Part shown: one piece after another, positions 40,358 to 50,524 of the stretch
How the letters are laid out: every line of letters begins with the position of its first letter
Numbering within the stretch: position 1 is the first letter of the stretch
Source of the DNA: an uncultured Actinomycetes bacterium
GTDB taxonomy: Bacteria; SZUA-79; Acidulodesulfobacterales; Acidulodesulfobacteraceae
DNA length: 64,000 nt
Assembly: GCA_964631685.1 (NCBI GenBank)
Contig: CAZVZU010000001.1
Location: 160,001-224,000 of the forward strand
Reading direction: 5' to 3'
The notes under the pieces: generated by a model
Database searches by the model: none
Told to the model about the DNA's origin: nothing
Seen by the model: the letters and a program-made list of their open reading frames with translations, nothing else
Translations under genes and position numbers: made by a program

Positions 40358-41665
40358 ATGACTAATATGACCGAAAAAGAATCTGCCGTTCAAAATATTT
40401 GGACAAAGGGGATGGACTACGTATCCAGTAAGGACGGCGTCTTAAAGAATCAGTTGACGGAAAATATTTCGAATGGAAAAACTGTTATTTTGCACAATAA
40501 GAATAGGGATAAATTTGTCGGAATAGGCACGGGTTTAACGACAAAAATTAACGCGAGCATTGGCACATCTACAAATCATATTGATATTAATGAGGAGGTT
40601 AGAAAAGCCAAGGTTGCGGAAGAGAGCGGAGCAGATACACTGATGGAATTGAGCGTAGGGGGAGATTTAGACCTTATACGCGAAGAGGTTTTGAAAAACA
40701 CATCTCTACCCGTTGGAACGGTTCCTCTCTACCAGGCTTTTAGTGATGCTATAGATAAATATAAAAATCCTATAAAAATGTCTGAAAACCTCGTGTTTGA
40801 CGTCATAGAAAAACAGTGTGAAAGCGGTATTTCCTTTATGGCTATCCACTCCGGTTTAAATCTGATGTCGCTAGAGAGATTAAAAAAACAATCATATAGA
40901 TCCGCCGGTCTCGTGTCAAAGGGTGGAGCATACTTAGTTGCATGGATGATAGAAAACAACAAGGAAAATCCTTTATATGAAAGGTTTGAAGATGTCTTGA
41001 AGATATTAAAAAAATATGACACGGTTTTAAGTTTAGGAAACGGACTAAGGGCAGGTTCGATACACGATTCCTTTGATAGAGCATATATGCAAGAACTTAT
41101 TATTAACTGTGAACTTTGCGATATAGCAAGAGATTATGGCGTTCAGGTAATGGTTGAAGGCCCCGGTCATATCCCGATAGATGAAATAGAAGCAAATGTT
41201 AAAATTCAAAAAAAAATGTCGAACGATGCGCCTTTCTATGTCCTTGGTCCTCTCGTTACAGATGTTGCGGCCGGCTATGATCATATTGCATCTGCAATAG
41301 GCGGGGCTCTATCCTCGTCATATGGGGCAGATTTCCTATGTTATGTTACTCCATCAGAGCATTTAGGGTTACCTTCCGAGGAAGATGTTAAAATTGGAGT
41401 GAAAACGGCCAAGGTTGCGGCTCATGTGGGAGATATGATAAAGCTTAAAAAAAATAGCGACGATCTGAATATATCAAAAGCCCGCAGGGATATCGATTGG
41501 GAAAAGCAGTTTAAATATTCCATAGATCCAGAATATTCTAGAAAGTTGTTTAAACTAAAAAATAAGGATGATACCGCAGGATGTAGTATGTGCGGAGAGT
41601 TCTGTGCGCCTCTGCGAATGAAAAAATATTTTAAATATGAGATCAATCAAGGGAAAAAATCATAA
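40358..41665 (+). CDS. bzaF: ThiC-family radical SAM enzyme, probably 5-hydroxybenzimidazole synthase BzaF
   Basis: ThiC fold (KINASIGTS, EGPGH, APFYVLGP, EHLGLP, CSMCGEFC) with MELS / SKGG / GNGLRAG variants; last gene of the cobamide cluster. Confidence 0.7.
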   Translation: MTNMTEKESAVQNIWTKGMDYVSSKDGVLKNQLTENISNGKTVILHNKNRDKFVGIGTGLTTKINASIGTSTNHIDINEEVRKAKVAEESGADTLMELSVGGDLDLIREEVLKNTSLPVGTVPLYQAFSDAIDKYKNPIKMSENLVFDVIEKQCESGISFMAIHSGLNLMSLERLKKQSYRSAGLVSKGGAYLVAWMIENNKENPLYERFEDVLKILKKYDTVLSLGNGLRAGSIHDSFDRAYMQELIINCELCDIARDYGVQVMVEGPGHIPIDEIEANVKIQKKMSNDAPFYVLGPLVTDVAAGYDHIASAIGGALSSSYGADFLCYVTPSEHLGLPSEEDVKIGVKTAKVAAHVGDMIKLKKNSDDLNISKARRDIDWEKQFKYSIDPEYSRKLFKLKNKDDTAGCSMCGEFCAPLRMKKYFKYEINQGKKS

Positions 41666-41954
41666 TGTACTGCCGATTGCGGGCTCTATCTTTGTTTTTT
41701 TGCTGATTCTATTCGTGATATATAGCCTTAAAGGCATAGTAAGGGTACATAAATTAATGAAGGAGGATCGCAAGCTAACGCAAGAGATTTCCCTAATTAA
41801 AAAAAGAAACAGTTTAATAGGTGTACAAATATACAAATTACGCAATGATAAACAATATATTGCAAGTTTGGCAAGGGAAAAGCTATATATGATTAAAAAA
41901 GGAGAGATAGTCTTTAGGTTTATTCATAAGAAGAAAGATTCTAAAAAAAAATAA
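41637..41954 (+). CDS. Septum formation initiator FtsB/DivIC family
   Basis: Single TM, coiled coil, LAREKLYMIKKGE. Confidence 0.85.
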   Translation: MRSIKGKNHNVLPIAGSIFVFLLILFVIYSLKGIVRVHKLMKEDRKLTQEISLIKKRNSLIGVQIYKLRNDKQYIASLAREKLYMIKKGEIVFRFIHKKKDSKKK

Positions 41955-41979
41955 TCAAAATATCTCTCGGCTCACCGCG

Positions 41980-43545
41980 CTATGAGATTTCAAAATATTC
42001 AGGATAAAAACTATCCTGCATTTGGATTACTACTTTTTTATTAATTTCAGACTCTAATTGTTCGAGCTCTTTGTCGTACTCATACAGTTTATTCATTATA
42101 TATGAATGGACCGTTACAGTAATTTTTTTAGACATTGTCTTTTTTGCGTGCAATGATACTCCTCTGAATATTTCAAAACAGATGGTTTGAGGCGATTTTA
42201 TTACACCAAGTCCTTCGCACATCGGGCACTGCTCCAAGAAAGTGCTAAAAATACTATTCCCCGTCCTCTTTCTTGTCATCTCAACTAGTCCAAGCTCAGT
42301 TATTCTATTAATTGTTGTTTTAACCCTATCGCTTTTCAGTGCATCTTCTAATATACGATATACCTTTTCTCTATTCTTCTCCGTTATCATATCTATGAAA
42401 TCTATAACGATAATTCCTCCTATATTCCTGAGTCTTAATTGATACGCTACTTCCTTTGCAGCTTCCAGGTTAGTTTTCAATATAGTATCTTCGAAGTTTT
42501 TTTTACCTACGTACTTGCCTGTATTCACATCTATCGTTGTCAATGCTTCTGTATAATCAATAACTATGTAACCTCCGGACTTAAGCCACACCTTTTTATT
42601 TAATGCCTTTGATATTTCCTTTTCAATATTGAAATGCTTAAATATCGGCAAACTATCCGCGTATAGTTCTACTATGTTTGTATATTCAGGGGACTGAATG
42701 GCAAGAAATTCCACTATTTTTTTGTGTTCCCCTTTATCGTCCACAATAATTTTATTTATTGTCTTATTAAGCAAATCTCTCAACGCTCTCAGGGATATAC
42801 CCATATCTTGAAATATAAGCTTGGGCGCTTTTGCTTTAAGCTGACTTTTATAAATATTATTCCATAGTCCGGTAAGAAATTTAATATCCCTTTCAATATC
42901 TATTTCTGATGCATTTTCAGCGGCGGTCCTGATTATAAATCCAGTACCTTCTTTTCTGTATTTCAAAACAATGCTTTTGAGTCTTTTTTTCTCTCCATCG
43001 CTTTTAATTTTTCTTGAAATTCCGATTGAAGAAGATGTAGGCATGTAAACGAGAAATCTCCCTGGAAGAGATATATGGCTTGTAATGCGAGCGCCCTTAG
43101 TCTTGACGGGCTCCTTGTCAATTTGAACAAGTATTTCCTGATTCTTTTTTAAGAGTTGATCTATATTGAGCGTAATTTTCTTTTTTTTTCTACCCCTTTT
43201 TTGTTTTTGTGCTGTTGCATTAACTTCATCATTACTATCACTGTGTTCACTTTTGCTAATTGAGTCGGAAGGCGGTTCCTCTCTACCTGGTTCAAAAAAA
43301 TCGTAATCAGCTGCATCGATTTCATAAAAGTCCCCAGCGTATAAAAATGCTGATTTTTCCCAGCCTATATCGATGAAGGATGCCTGAATCCCGGGGAGAA
43401 TCTGCATTACCTTTCCTTTATATATGCTTCCATGTTTTGGAGAATCAGTCTTTCTTTCAATGAAAACTTCGGATAATCGACCGTTCTCCAGCAATGCGAC
43501 GCGAGTTTCGTAATTATCCTTATTTATTATAAGTTCCGTGGTCAA
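41980..43545 (-). CDS. rng: Ribonuclease G/E family
   Basis: S1 domain (GSIYKGKV, FIDIG), IDVNTG, LRNIGGIIVIDFIDM, CPMCEG.G. Confidence 0.93.
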   Translation of the reverse strand: MTTELIINKDNYETRVALLENGRLSEVFIERKTDSPKHGSIYKGKVMQILPGIQASFIDIGWEKSAFLYAGDFYEIDAADYDFFEPGREEPPSDSISKSEHSDSNDEVNATAQKQKRGRKKKKITLNIDQLLKKNQEILVQIDKEPVKTKGARITSHISLPGRFLVYMPTSSSIGISRKIKSDGEKKRLKSIVLKYRKEGTGFIIRTAAENASEIDIERDIKFLTGLWNNIYKSQLKAKAPKLIFQDMGISLRALRDLLNKTINKIIVDDKGEHKKIVEFLAIQSPEYTNIVELYADSLPIFKHFNIEKEISKALNKKVWLKSGGYIVIDYTEALTTIDVNTGKYVGKKNFEDTILKTNLEAAKEVAYQLRLRNIGGIIVIDFIDMITEKNREKVYRILEDALKSDRVKTTINRITELGLVEMTRKRTGNSIFSTFLEQCPMCEGLGVIKSPQTICFEIFRGVSLHAKKTMSKKITVTVHSYIMNKLYEYDKELEQLESEINKKVVIQMQDSFYPEYFEIS

Positions 43546-43780
43546 TCAAATCTCCTTGATAATATTATGAATCTTTATTAGAATGGCACAATCAATGTAG
43601 ATAACGACTATTCTAACATATTAACCGTTATAAAATAAATAAGTTAAGTTTTTATTTGTTTTTATTCTCAAATTCTATGTTATAATATCGCTATAAAAAA
43701 AAATAGCCGATGATTGATTTATATATTTTTTAGTTTTATAATGCTCTTAATAGTAAAGAAAGGGAGAGGTTATAGATATT

Positions 43781-43966
43781 ATGAATGAAAATGTTGTTCT
43801 CTGCGCAGTATGTGCATGGAGAGGTGTCTGCGACAAGAAGTATAGTACTTCTGGGGCGGAGATTTTTGATTGTTTTGATTTTGCCCGAGATATTACTTTG
43901 TCAATATCCGGTTTTGAAGACATATTGTCTCTTATAAGTGATAATAAAAATTATAAGGTAAATTGA
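43781..43966 (+). CDS. Small four-Cys hypothetical protein
   Basis: CAVCAWRGVC...C.DFARD; RBS GGAGAGG; directly upstream of the SPOR gene. Confidence 0.6.
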   Translation: MNENVVLCAVCAWRGVCDKKYSTSGAEIFDCFDFARDITLSISGFEDILSLISDNKNYKVN

Positions 43967-43967
43967 T

Positions 43968-44660
43968 TTGAGAAAAGACAAGCTTTCGGCGGTTATTGTT
44001 TTTTTGGTAATCTTATTTATAGTATTTGTTTTAGGATTATTCGTCGGGAAAAAATTATCTCCTCAAAAATCAAGGGAGGGTGTTATTAATGGACCTTCTC
44101 TGAATATTAACGGTAACCCGCCTTCTACATCTTTAAATACAAATAGTGCTCATAAAGCGAGTAAAAGTACCGTTCTTTCGACGGATAATATTAAATTTGC
44201 TCCGATATCCAAGTTGGTTTCGCTGAAGAAGAGGGCTATCACCAAAAAGATCGTCAAGAAGCCGGTTTTAACCCCAAAAATCAAGGTTAAAACCAAAATA
44301 ATATACATTAAAAAACCGGTTTATATATATAAATATAGATATAAATACATTACAAGAAAGGCTCCGACGAAGCAAAAAAAGCATATATCTTCTTCAAGTT
44401 CTGCAATCTATTACACTATTCAAGTAGCTGCCGTTTCAAAATATGATGATGCGAAGAAATTAGCTGGCAAACTTAATTCTATGGGTTTATTCGCATATAT
44501 CGTTCCCGTTAGCATCTCCGGAAAAAAAGGCAAGGTCACCTATCAACAAGTCAGGGTTGGAAAGTTTTCCACTGATAAGGGCGCCAAGGCTGTTGAAGGC
44601 ATGATATCAAAGAAATTCAATTTAAAGCCTTATATTATAAAGATTACTAAAAAGCCTTAA
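43968..44660 (+). CDS. SPOR-domain membrane-anchored protein
   Basis: N-terminal TM; C-terminal YTIQVAA...YQQVRVGKF SPOR pattern. Confidence 0.85.
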   Translation: MRKDKLSAVIVFLVILFIVFVLGLFVGKKLSPQKSREGVINGPSLNINGNPPSTSLNTNSAHKASKSTVLSTDNIKFAPISKLVSLKKRAITKKIVKKPVLTPKIKVKTKIIYIKKPVYIYKYRYKYITRKAPTKQKKHISSSSSAIYYTIQVAAVSKYDDAKKLAGKLNSMGLFAYIVPVSISGKKGKVTYQQVRVGKFSTDKGAKAVEGMISKKFNLKPYIIKITKKP

Positions 44661-44663
44661 TGT

Positions 44664-45458
44664 TTAGTAAAGATAAAAATTTGACAACCTGTAAATAAAA
44701 GTTCCTCTTATATTCAGTCTCTTGATGGTCCATGATTTAGGAAATCTATTATACATTGTTGCATTTTTTATCGCATTAACTGCAGCCGTATCCAATGATT
44801 TTTTTCCTGAGGAATTTAATATTCTAACCTTGTAAATGGAGCCGTTACTGTTTATGGAAAATTCAATAGTAAGCTGACCTGATATCCTGTCTCTTTTTGC
44901 TTCTGTAGGATACTCCCAGACATTTTCTATCTTATTCTTAACATGTAACAAATAAGAAGCATATTTTATGGTTGTTGTATTTAAGTTTACGTTTGCAGAT
45001 TTTATCCCATGTGAAGGGTTTTTTATGCTGGATCTTGGATGTATCGGACTCTGCTTTTGCATTCCCGTGGTAACAGGGTAAATGCTGTTTAGTTTTAGAT
45101 TGTGTCTTTTTAGAATATGCGGAACCCTTGAAAGAAGATGAGAACTGCTTAATGTCCGTTTAACCTGGTGGCGCGCCAATCTGCGCGATGCGTAGGTATG
45201 ACTACTATGAGCCGGGGGGGCATTCAACCTCGTATTCTTACGGGCAAAATGGGGTTTTAGACTGGCGTATCTTGGTTTGATTACCTTGTGTTTTTGCAAA
45301 TTCTTGGCAAACATATACGGCTCAATCGTGATAGGCTTTGAATATATGAGATGTTTTTTAATTTTTTTATTATCATATTTTAATAGAAACAATATTAACG
45401 CCGAGTGTATAACGATAGATATAATTAATGAATATATTATGACCTTGTTGTTTTTCAT
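44664..45458 (-). CDS. TonB family energy transducer
   Basis: TM with S..H (SIVIHS), WEYP..A, SSG...LD.AA TonB C-terminal domain. Confidence 0.85.
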   Translation of the reverse strand: MKNNKVIIYSLIISIVIHSALILFLLKYDNKKIKKHLIYSKPITIEPYMFAKNLQKHKVIKPRYASLKPHFARKNTRLNAPPAHSSHTYASRRLARHQVKRTLSSSHLLSRVPHILKRHNLKLNSIYPVTTGMQKQSPIHPRSSIKNPSHGIKSANVNLNTTTIKYASYLLHVKNKIENVWEYPTEAKRDRISGQLTIEFSINSNGSIYKVRILNSSGKKSLDTAAVNAIKNATMYNRFPKSWTIKRLNIRGTFIYRLSNFYLY

Positions 45459-45628
45459 AATGTCAGAGTATTAAATAACCGCGTTATTCCCCCTCTATCG
45501 TTAATTTTGAAGCTACCGTTGGCATTCTTATTCTAACATTATTTAAATTGATTTAAAATCGTTTTTGAATTAAAATACAAGATAAAATCGAGTTGTTTTT
45601 AATTAATAAACTTAAGGGGGGGGGACGC

Positions 45629-46357
45629 ATGGAGAGTGTTTTGGGCAAAAAAGAGCTAAAAAAGATTTACGAAGGCAAGGCAAAGATACTTTATGAATAT
45701 TCTGGGGACGAAAATAAGCTGATTACTTACTTTAAAGATGATGCAACCGCTTTTAACGGTCAAAAAAAGGGCATAATAGTTAAAAAGGGAGTATATAATA
45801 ACTCTATATCCGCTTCTTTATTTAAACTTTTACAAAACTGCGGGGTAGAAAATCACTTTATCGAACAATTATCCGATAGAGAAATGTTAACAAGACATTT
45901 GAAAATGTTTCCCGTAGAATTTGTCGTCAGAAATATTGCGGCAGGAAGTCTCGCAAAAAAGATGGGAGTAGAGGAGGGCGTTAAGTTACTTTCTCCCGTG
46001 GTTGAACTATATTTCAAAAGCGATGAACTTGGCGATCCCATGATTAACGAAACTTATGTTGAAGCGTTTGATTTAGGAAACATCAGAGATATTAAAGAGG
46101 CTAAAGACACTGCTTTAAGGATAAATGAAATTTTAAAAGATTTCTTTGATAAAAATGGGCTGTTATTGGTAGATTACAAATTGGAATTTGGTACTTTTAA
46201 CGGGAAGATTCTCTTGGGTGATGAAATTACCCCCGACACAATGAGACTTTGGGACAAAATTACACTTGAAAAGGTTGATAAAGACAGGTTTAGAAGGGAT
46301 ATAGGCGGCGTTGAAGAAGCATACAAAAGGATATATGGCATAACCTTAAAAATATAA
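45629..46357 (+). CDS. purC: SAICAR synthase
   Basis: YEGKAK, FKDDATAFN, VVRN.AAGS, DYKLEFG, DEITPD.MRLWD, DKDRFR; start placed at ATG 45629 (track 45593). Confidence 0.96.
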   Translation: MESVLGKKELKKIYEGKAKILYEYSGDENKLITYFKDDATAFNGQKKGIIVKKGVYNNSISASLFKLLQNCGVENHFIEQLSDREMLTRHLKMFPVEFVVRNIAAGSLAKKMGVEEGVKLLSPVVELYFKSDELGDPMINETYVEAFDLGNIRDIKEAKDTALRINEILKDFFDKNGLLLVDYKLEFGTFNGKILLGDEITPDTMRLWDKITLEKVDKDRFRRDIGGVEEAYKRIYGITLKI

Positions 46358-46393
46358 ATATGCCGTGATGCATACTGAAGAGGATTTTTACAT

Positions 46394-47698
46394 ATGAATA
46401 TTGCTATAGTAGGAACCGGATATGTCGGTCTTGTTACCGGCGTTTGTTTGGCTGACTCCGGAAACAATGTGTATTGCGTCGATAATGATAAAAGCAAAAT
46501 ATCTTCATTAAAGAACTGCGTAATGCCTATTTACGAGCCCGGACTTAAGGAGTTAGTCGTTAAAAATGTAAAGAATGAAAGGCTTATTTTTACGGAAGAT
46601 ATTGGTTTTGCCGTGAAAAATGCAGATGTGATTTTTATAGCTGTAGGAACACCGCCGCGGGACGATGGGGATGCGGATCTGTCGAATATTTTTAAGGTAG
46701 CCGAAGATATAGCAAATTATATTGACGATTATAAGGTAGTTATTATAAAGAGCACTGTGCCTATAGGAACTTGCAGGCGGGTAGATACGGAAATAAGAAA
46801 GATAACGAATAATTTTGATGTTATCTCAAATCCGGAATTTTTGAAAGAGGGAGCGGCAATTAACGATTTTCAGAGACCTGATAGAATAATTATCGGGGTA
46901 AACGACGGTGAACATTCGTTAAAAATAAAAAAGATTATGGGGGAGATTTACGAACCATTTGTAAGAACCGGAGCGCCGGTATATTTTATGGATACAAACT
47001 CTTCTGAGCTTACAAAATATGCCGCTAATGCGATGCTCGCATTGAGAATAACATTTATGAATGAGTTGGCCAATATGTGTTCATTATCAGGGGCGAATAT
47101 TGATAATATAAGGATAGGTATTGGTGCCGATAAGAGAATTGGCAAGTCTTTCTTATTTCCCGGTATCGGGTATGGCGGAAGCTGTTTTCCTAAAGATGTT
47201 AATGCCCTCTACAGAACCGCAAAGGCGAAAGGTTATGATTTTAAACTGCTAAAAGCGGTAGATGAGGCTAATTTCTACCAAAAAGAAGTATTGGTAAGTT
47301 ATATTTTGAAATATTTCGAAGGGGATATTTCGGGAAAGATTTTTACTTTATGGGGTTTATCATTTAAACCTAAAACAGATGATATAAGAGAGTCTCCATC
47401 TTTATCCATTGTTTCAAAGTTACTTTCATACGGCGCAAAAATACAAGCATACGATCCCATTGCAATGGATAATGCAAGAACTATTTTTCCTAAAATAGAG
47501 TATGCAAAAGATATGTACAAGGCGCTTAAAAATTCTAGCGGGCTTATCATCGCAACGGAGTGGAATGATTTCAGGGCGCCGGACTTTAAAAGGATTAGAG
47601 AAACGTTGCAAGAGGGCGTTATATTTGACGGAAGAAATATCTATGACCCTGTAAAAATGAAGGAATTAGGTTTTGATTATTTTTCTATTGGAAGATAA
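46394..47698 (+). CDS. ugd: UDP-glucose 6-dehydrogenase
   Basis: GTGYVG, KSTVP, NPEFLKEG, GYGGSCFPKD, FKP.TDD.RESP, DGRN. Confidence 0.93.
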   Translation: MNIAIVGTGYVGLVTGVCLADSGNNVYCVDNDKSKISSLKNCVMPIYEPGLKELVVKNVKNERLIFTEDIGFAVKNADVIFIAVGTPPRDDGDADLSNIFKVAEDIANYIDDYKVVIIKSTVPIGTCRRVDTEIRKITNNFDVISNPEFLKEGAAINDFQRPDRIIIGVNDGEHSLKIKKIMGEIYEPFVRTGAPVYFMDTNSSELTKYAANAMLALRITFMNELANMCSLSGANIDNIRIGIGADKRIGKSFLFPGIGYGGSCFPKDVNALYRTAKAKGYDFKLLKAVDEANFYQKEVLVSYILKYFEGDISGKIFTLWGLSFKPKTDDIRESPSLSIVSKLLSYGAKIQAYDPIAMDNARTIFPKIEYAKDMYKALKNSSGLIIATEWNDFRAPDFKRIRETLQEGVIFDGRNIYDPVKMKELGFDYFSIGR

Positions 47699-47750
47699 TA
47701 GCGTGACAGTGGTTAGTCCGGATTAAAACACACATAATGAGAGGGAAAAG

Positions 47751-49196
47751 ATGACTAATGTCGTTTTATGCGGTGGTAGCGGAACAAGACTTTGGCCTAT
47801 TTCAAGAAAATTATTTCCAAAGCAGTTCTATAAACTAATTGATGATATGTCCTTATTTCAGATGACTGTTTTGAGAAATATAGATTTTTGTGATAATTTT
47901 TTGATTGTTACCAACAAAGACCACTATTTTATTGCTCTTGACCAACTTGAAGACATTGGAGTAAAAAATTATAGGTTTATTCTTGAGCCCACACCCAGAA
48001 ATACCGCCGCCGCAATTGCATTATCCTGTTTTGATGCCACTGGCAATCAAAATAAAAGCAACCTGTTTTTTGTTACCCCGGCAGATCATTTGATAAAAAA
48101 TATAGATTCCTACGCAAGAATTATCGCTATTGCCAAAAAATCAGCTGAAGAAGATAATATCGTTATGTTCGGCATAAAACCATCCTGCCCAGAAACAGGG
48201 TACGGATATATAGAGATTGTTCAGGGTAACGATTTACCGCTAAACTCAAATATATCAGGCGATGCAGATTTATATGAACATATTTTTTCAGTAGGTTCTT
48301 TTAAAGAGAAACCGGATAGAGATACGGCGCGTAACTATCTTTCCAAGGGTAATTTTTATTGGAACAGCGGGATGTTTATGTTTAAGCCGGAAATATTGAC
48401 AAGAGAACTTAAAGCTATATGTCCGCCTATATTTAAATCCTCAAAAAAAGCATATGAAAATGCAAAAAAGAATGGTTCAATGGTAAGAATAGTAGAAGAC
48501 GATATGCTTAATATAGAAGAAAATTCTATAGATTCAGCGTTATTAGAAAAAATCTCTAACACTAAGGTGATACCTGCAGATATTGCATGGTCTGATTTAG
48601 GGAGCTTTGATTCTATTTACAACGAGTTTAAAAAGGATAAAGACAATAATGCTATATCAAAAGATATATTAAGCATTAATTCGCATAATAATCTCATAAT
48701 GTCAAGTGGCAGAATGATTGCCACTATAGATATAGATGATTTAATTATAGTAGATACAGATGATGCCCTTTTAGTAACTAAAAAAGGTTCATCACAAAAT
48801 GTCAAGATGGTGATAGCTGAATTAAAAAAAAGAGATTCAGATCTTCATACTCAGCATTCAACCGTTCACAGGCCGTGGGGATCATATTCGGTATTATTGG
48901 AATCAAATTTGTATAAAATAAAAAAGATAGTTGTTAAACCAGGCAGCAAGCTATCGCTTCAAAAACATATGCATAGGTCAGAGCATTGGATTATAACAAG
49001 CGGAACTGCATTGGTTACTATCGATGCTAAAACAATCCTTCTTGAGACCAATAAATCTACATATATCCCTATAGGCTCTGTTCATAGACTTGAAAACCCC
49101 GGGCTTATTCCATTAGTTATAGTAGAGGCTCAGGTAGGAGAGTACCTGAAAGAGGATGATATTATAAGATTAGAAGACGACTATTGTAGAGAATAG
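47751..49196 (+). CDS. manC: Mannose-1-phosphate guanylyltransferase / mannose-6-phosphate isomerase
   Basis: GGSGTRLWP.SR...PKQF, PETGYGYI, WNSGMF, WSDLGS, RPWG cupin, SLQKH.HRSEHW. Confidence 0.93.
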   Translation: MTNVVLCGGSGTRLWPISRKLFPKQFYKLIDDMSLFQMTVLRNIDFCDNFLIVTNKDHYFIALDQLEDIGVKNYRFILEPTPRNTAAAIALSCFDATGNQNKSNLFFVTPADHLIKNIDSYARIIAIAKKSAEEDNIVMFGIKPSCPETGYGYIEIVQGNDLPLNSNISGDADLYEHIFSVGSFKEKPDRDTARNYLSKGNFYWNSGMFMFKPEILTRELKAICPPIFKSSKKAYENAKKNGSMVRIVEDDMLNIEENSIDSALLEKISNTKVIPADIAWSDLGSFDSIYNEFKKDKDNNAISKDILSINSHNNLIMSSGRMIATIDIDDLIIVDTDDALLVTKKGSSQNVKMVIAELKKRDSDLHTQHSTVHRPWGSYSVLLESNLYKIKKIVVKPGSKLSLQKHMHRSEHWIITSGTALVTIDAKTILLETNKSTYIPIGSVHRLENPGLIPLVIVEAQVGEYLKEDDIIRLEDDYCRE

Positions 49197-49218
49197 ATTA
49201 CTCCATTTTCGTTCGTGG

Positions 49219-50340
49219 TTGTACGCGGGTATTTTTCATTATTTCGTTAATTTAATAAGGTTAAATATTATTATGTTATATTTTAAAAATCTAAGCGATC
49301 TTGTTGTAGTAGTTTTAGTTGGCGCAGGTTCTATTTTTATCGGACATATACTAAATTTGCTATTATTTAAAGTTTATTCCCGCGTAGCAAAACATATTCC
49401 TAATTCAGATTTAATCCCTAAATACTTAAGGTTTTTCTCAAGACTTCTAATTATTGTTTTTATATTTTCAATAATTGTTCCTTTTTTTAATTTTCATAAT
49501 GGAACAACCATCGGGTTTGCTTTTAAATTTATATTAATTGCATACATAGGAATTTTTGCTTTCGGATTTGTAAGGCTAACTTATATCTTTGAAGAATTTA
49601 TCCTGCGAAGATATAACATAAAGCTACAAGATAACCTAGAAGCGCGTAAAGTTTATACTCAAACTAAATTTATCAAAAAAGTCATAATAATTATAATCTC
49701 ATTGATAGGTATGTCGTTCATTTTAATGCAGTTTAACGAAGTCAGGGAAATAGGAACTACAATATTGGCCTCTGCGGGGATAATAGGCGTAATTATCGGA
49801 TTTGCCACACAAAAAACCTTGAATTTGGTGATAGCCGGCCTTCAGGTAGCAATTACTCAACCCATTAAGATAGATGACGTATTGATTATCGACAAAGAGT
49901 GGGGACGCGTAGAGGAAATTTCACTTACTTATGTCATATTAAGGATATGGGATTTAAGGCGGCTTGTAATTCCGATAAATTATTTTATCGAAAATTCCTT
50001 CCAAAATTGGACCAGAATTTCCGCTAATCTTTTAGGTACTGTCTTTATATATGTAGATTACGGTGTTAATGTAGATGATATTCGCCGGGAATTAGGGAAT
50101 ATACTTCAAACAACGGATTTATGGGATAAACAAGCTTGGGGCCTGCAGGTCACTAATGCAACAGAGCGGACATTAGAATTAAGAGCGCTTATGAGCGCGT
50201 CTGATTCATCCAAATTGTGGGATCTAAGATGTTTAATAAGAGAAAAACTTATAAAATTTATAGGTAACAATTATCCTCAATCTTTGCCGAAAATCAGAAA
50301 TGAACTAACTGGACAATTAAAGGACTCTGTGAAAAATTAA
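49219..50340 (+). CDS. Small-conductance mechanosensitive channel (MscS family)
   Basis: ASAGIIG..GFA.Q, AGLQ...QP, GRVEEI..TY, NWTR; true start may be ATG 49273. Confidence 0.88.
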   Translation: MYAGIFHYFVNLIRLNIIMLYFKNLSDLVVVVLVGAGSIFIGHILNLLLFKVYSRVAKHIPNSDLIPKYLRFFSRLLIIVFIFSIIVPFFNFHNGTTIGFAFKFILIAYIGIFAFGFVRLTYIFEEFILRRYNIKLQDNLEARKVYTQTKFIKKVIIIIISLIGMSFILMQFNEVREIGTTILASAGIIGVIIGFATQKTLNLVIAGLQVAITQPIKIDDVLIIDKEWGRVEEISLTYVILRIWDLRRLVIPINYFIENSFQNWTRISANLLGTVFIYVDYGVNVDDIRRELGNILQTTDLWDKQAWGLQVTNATERTLELRALMSASDSSKLWDLRCLIREKLIKFIGNNYPQSLPKIRNELTGQLKDSVKN

Positions 50341-50352
50341 CTGCGGTTTTAT

Positions 50353-50430
<78 letters not shown>

Positions 50431-50524
50431 AAGTATCTGACGATTATATAACTTTATTCACATGATTGCAACAATAAAATTTATTTAATGCACTATCCTT
50501 TTTAAAGGATGCGTAATAATCCCT

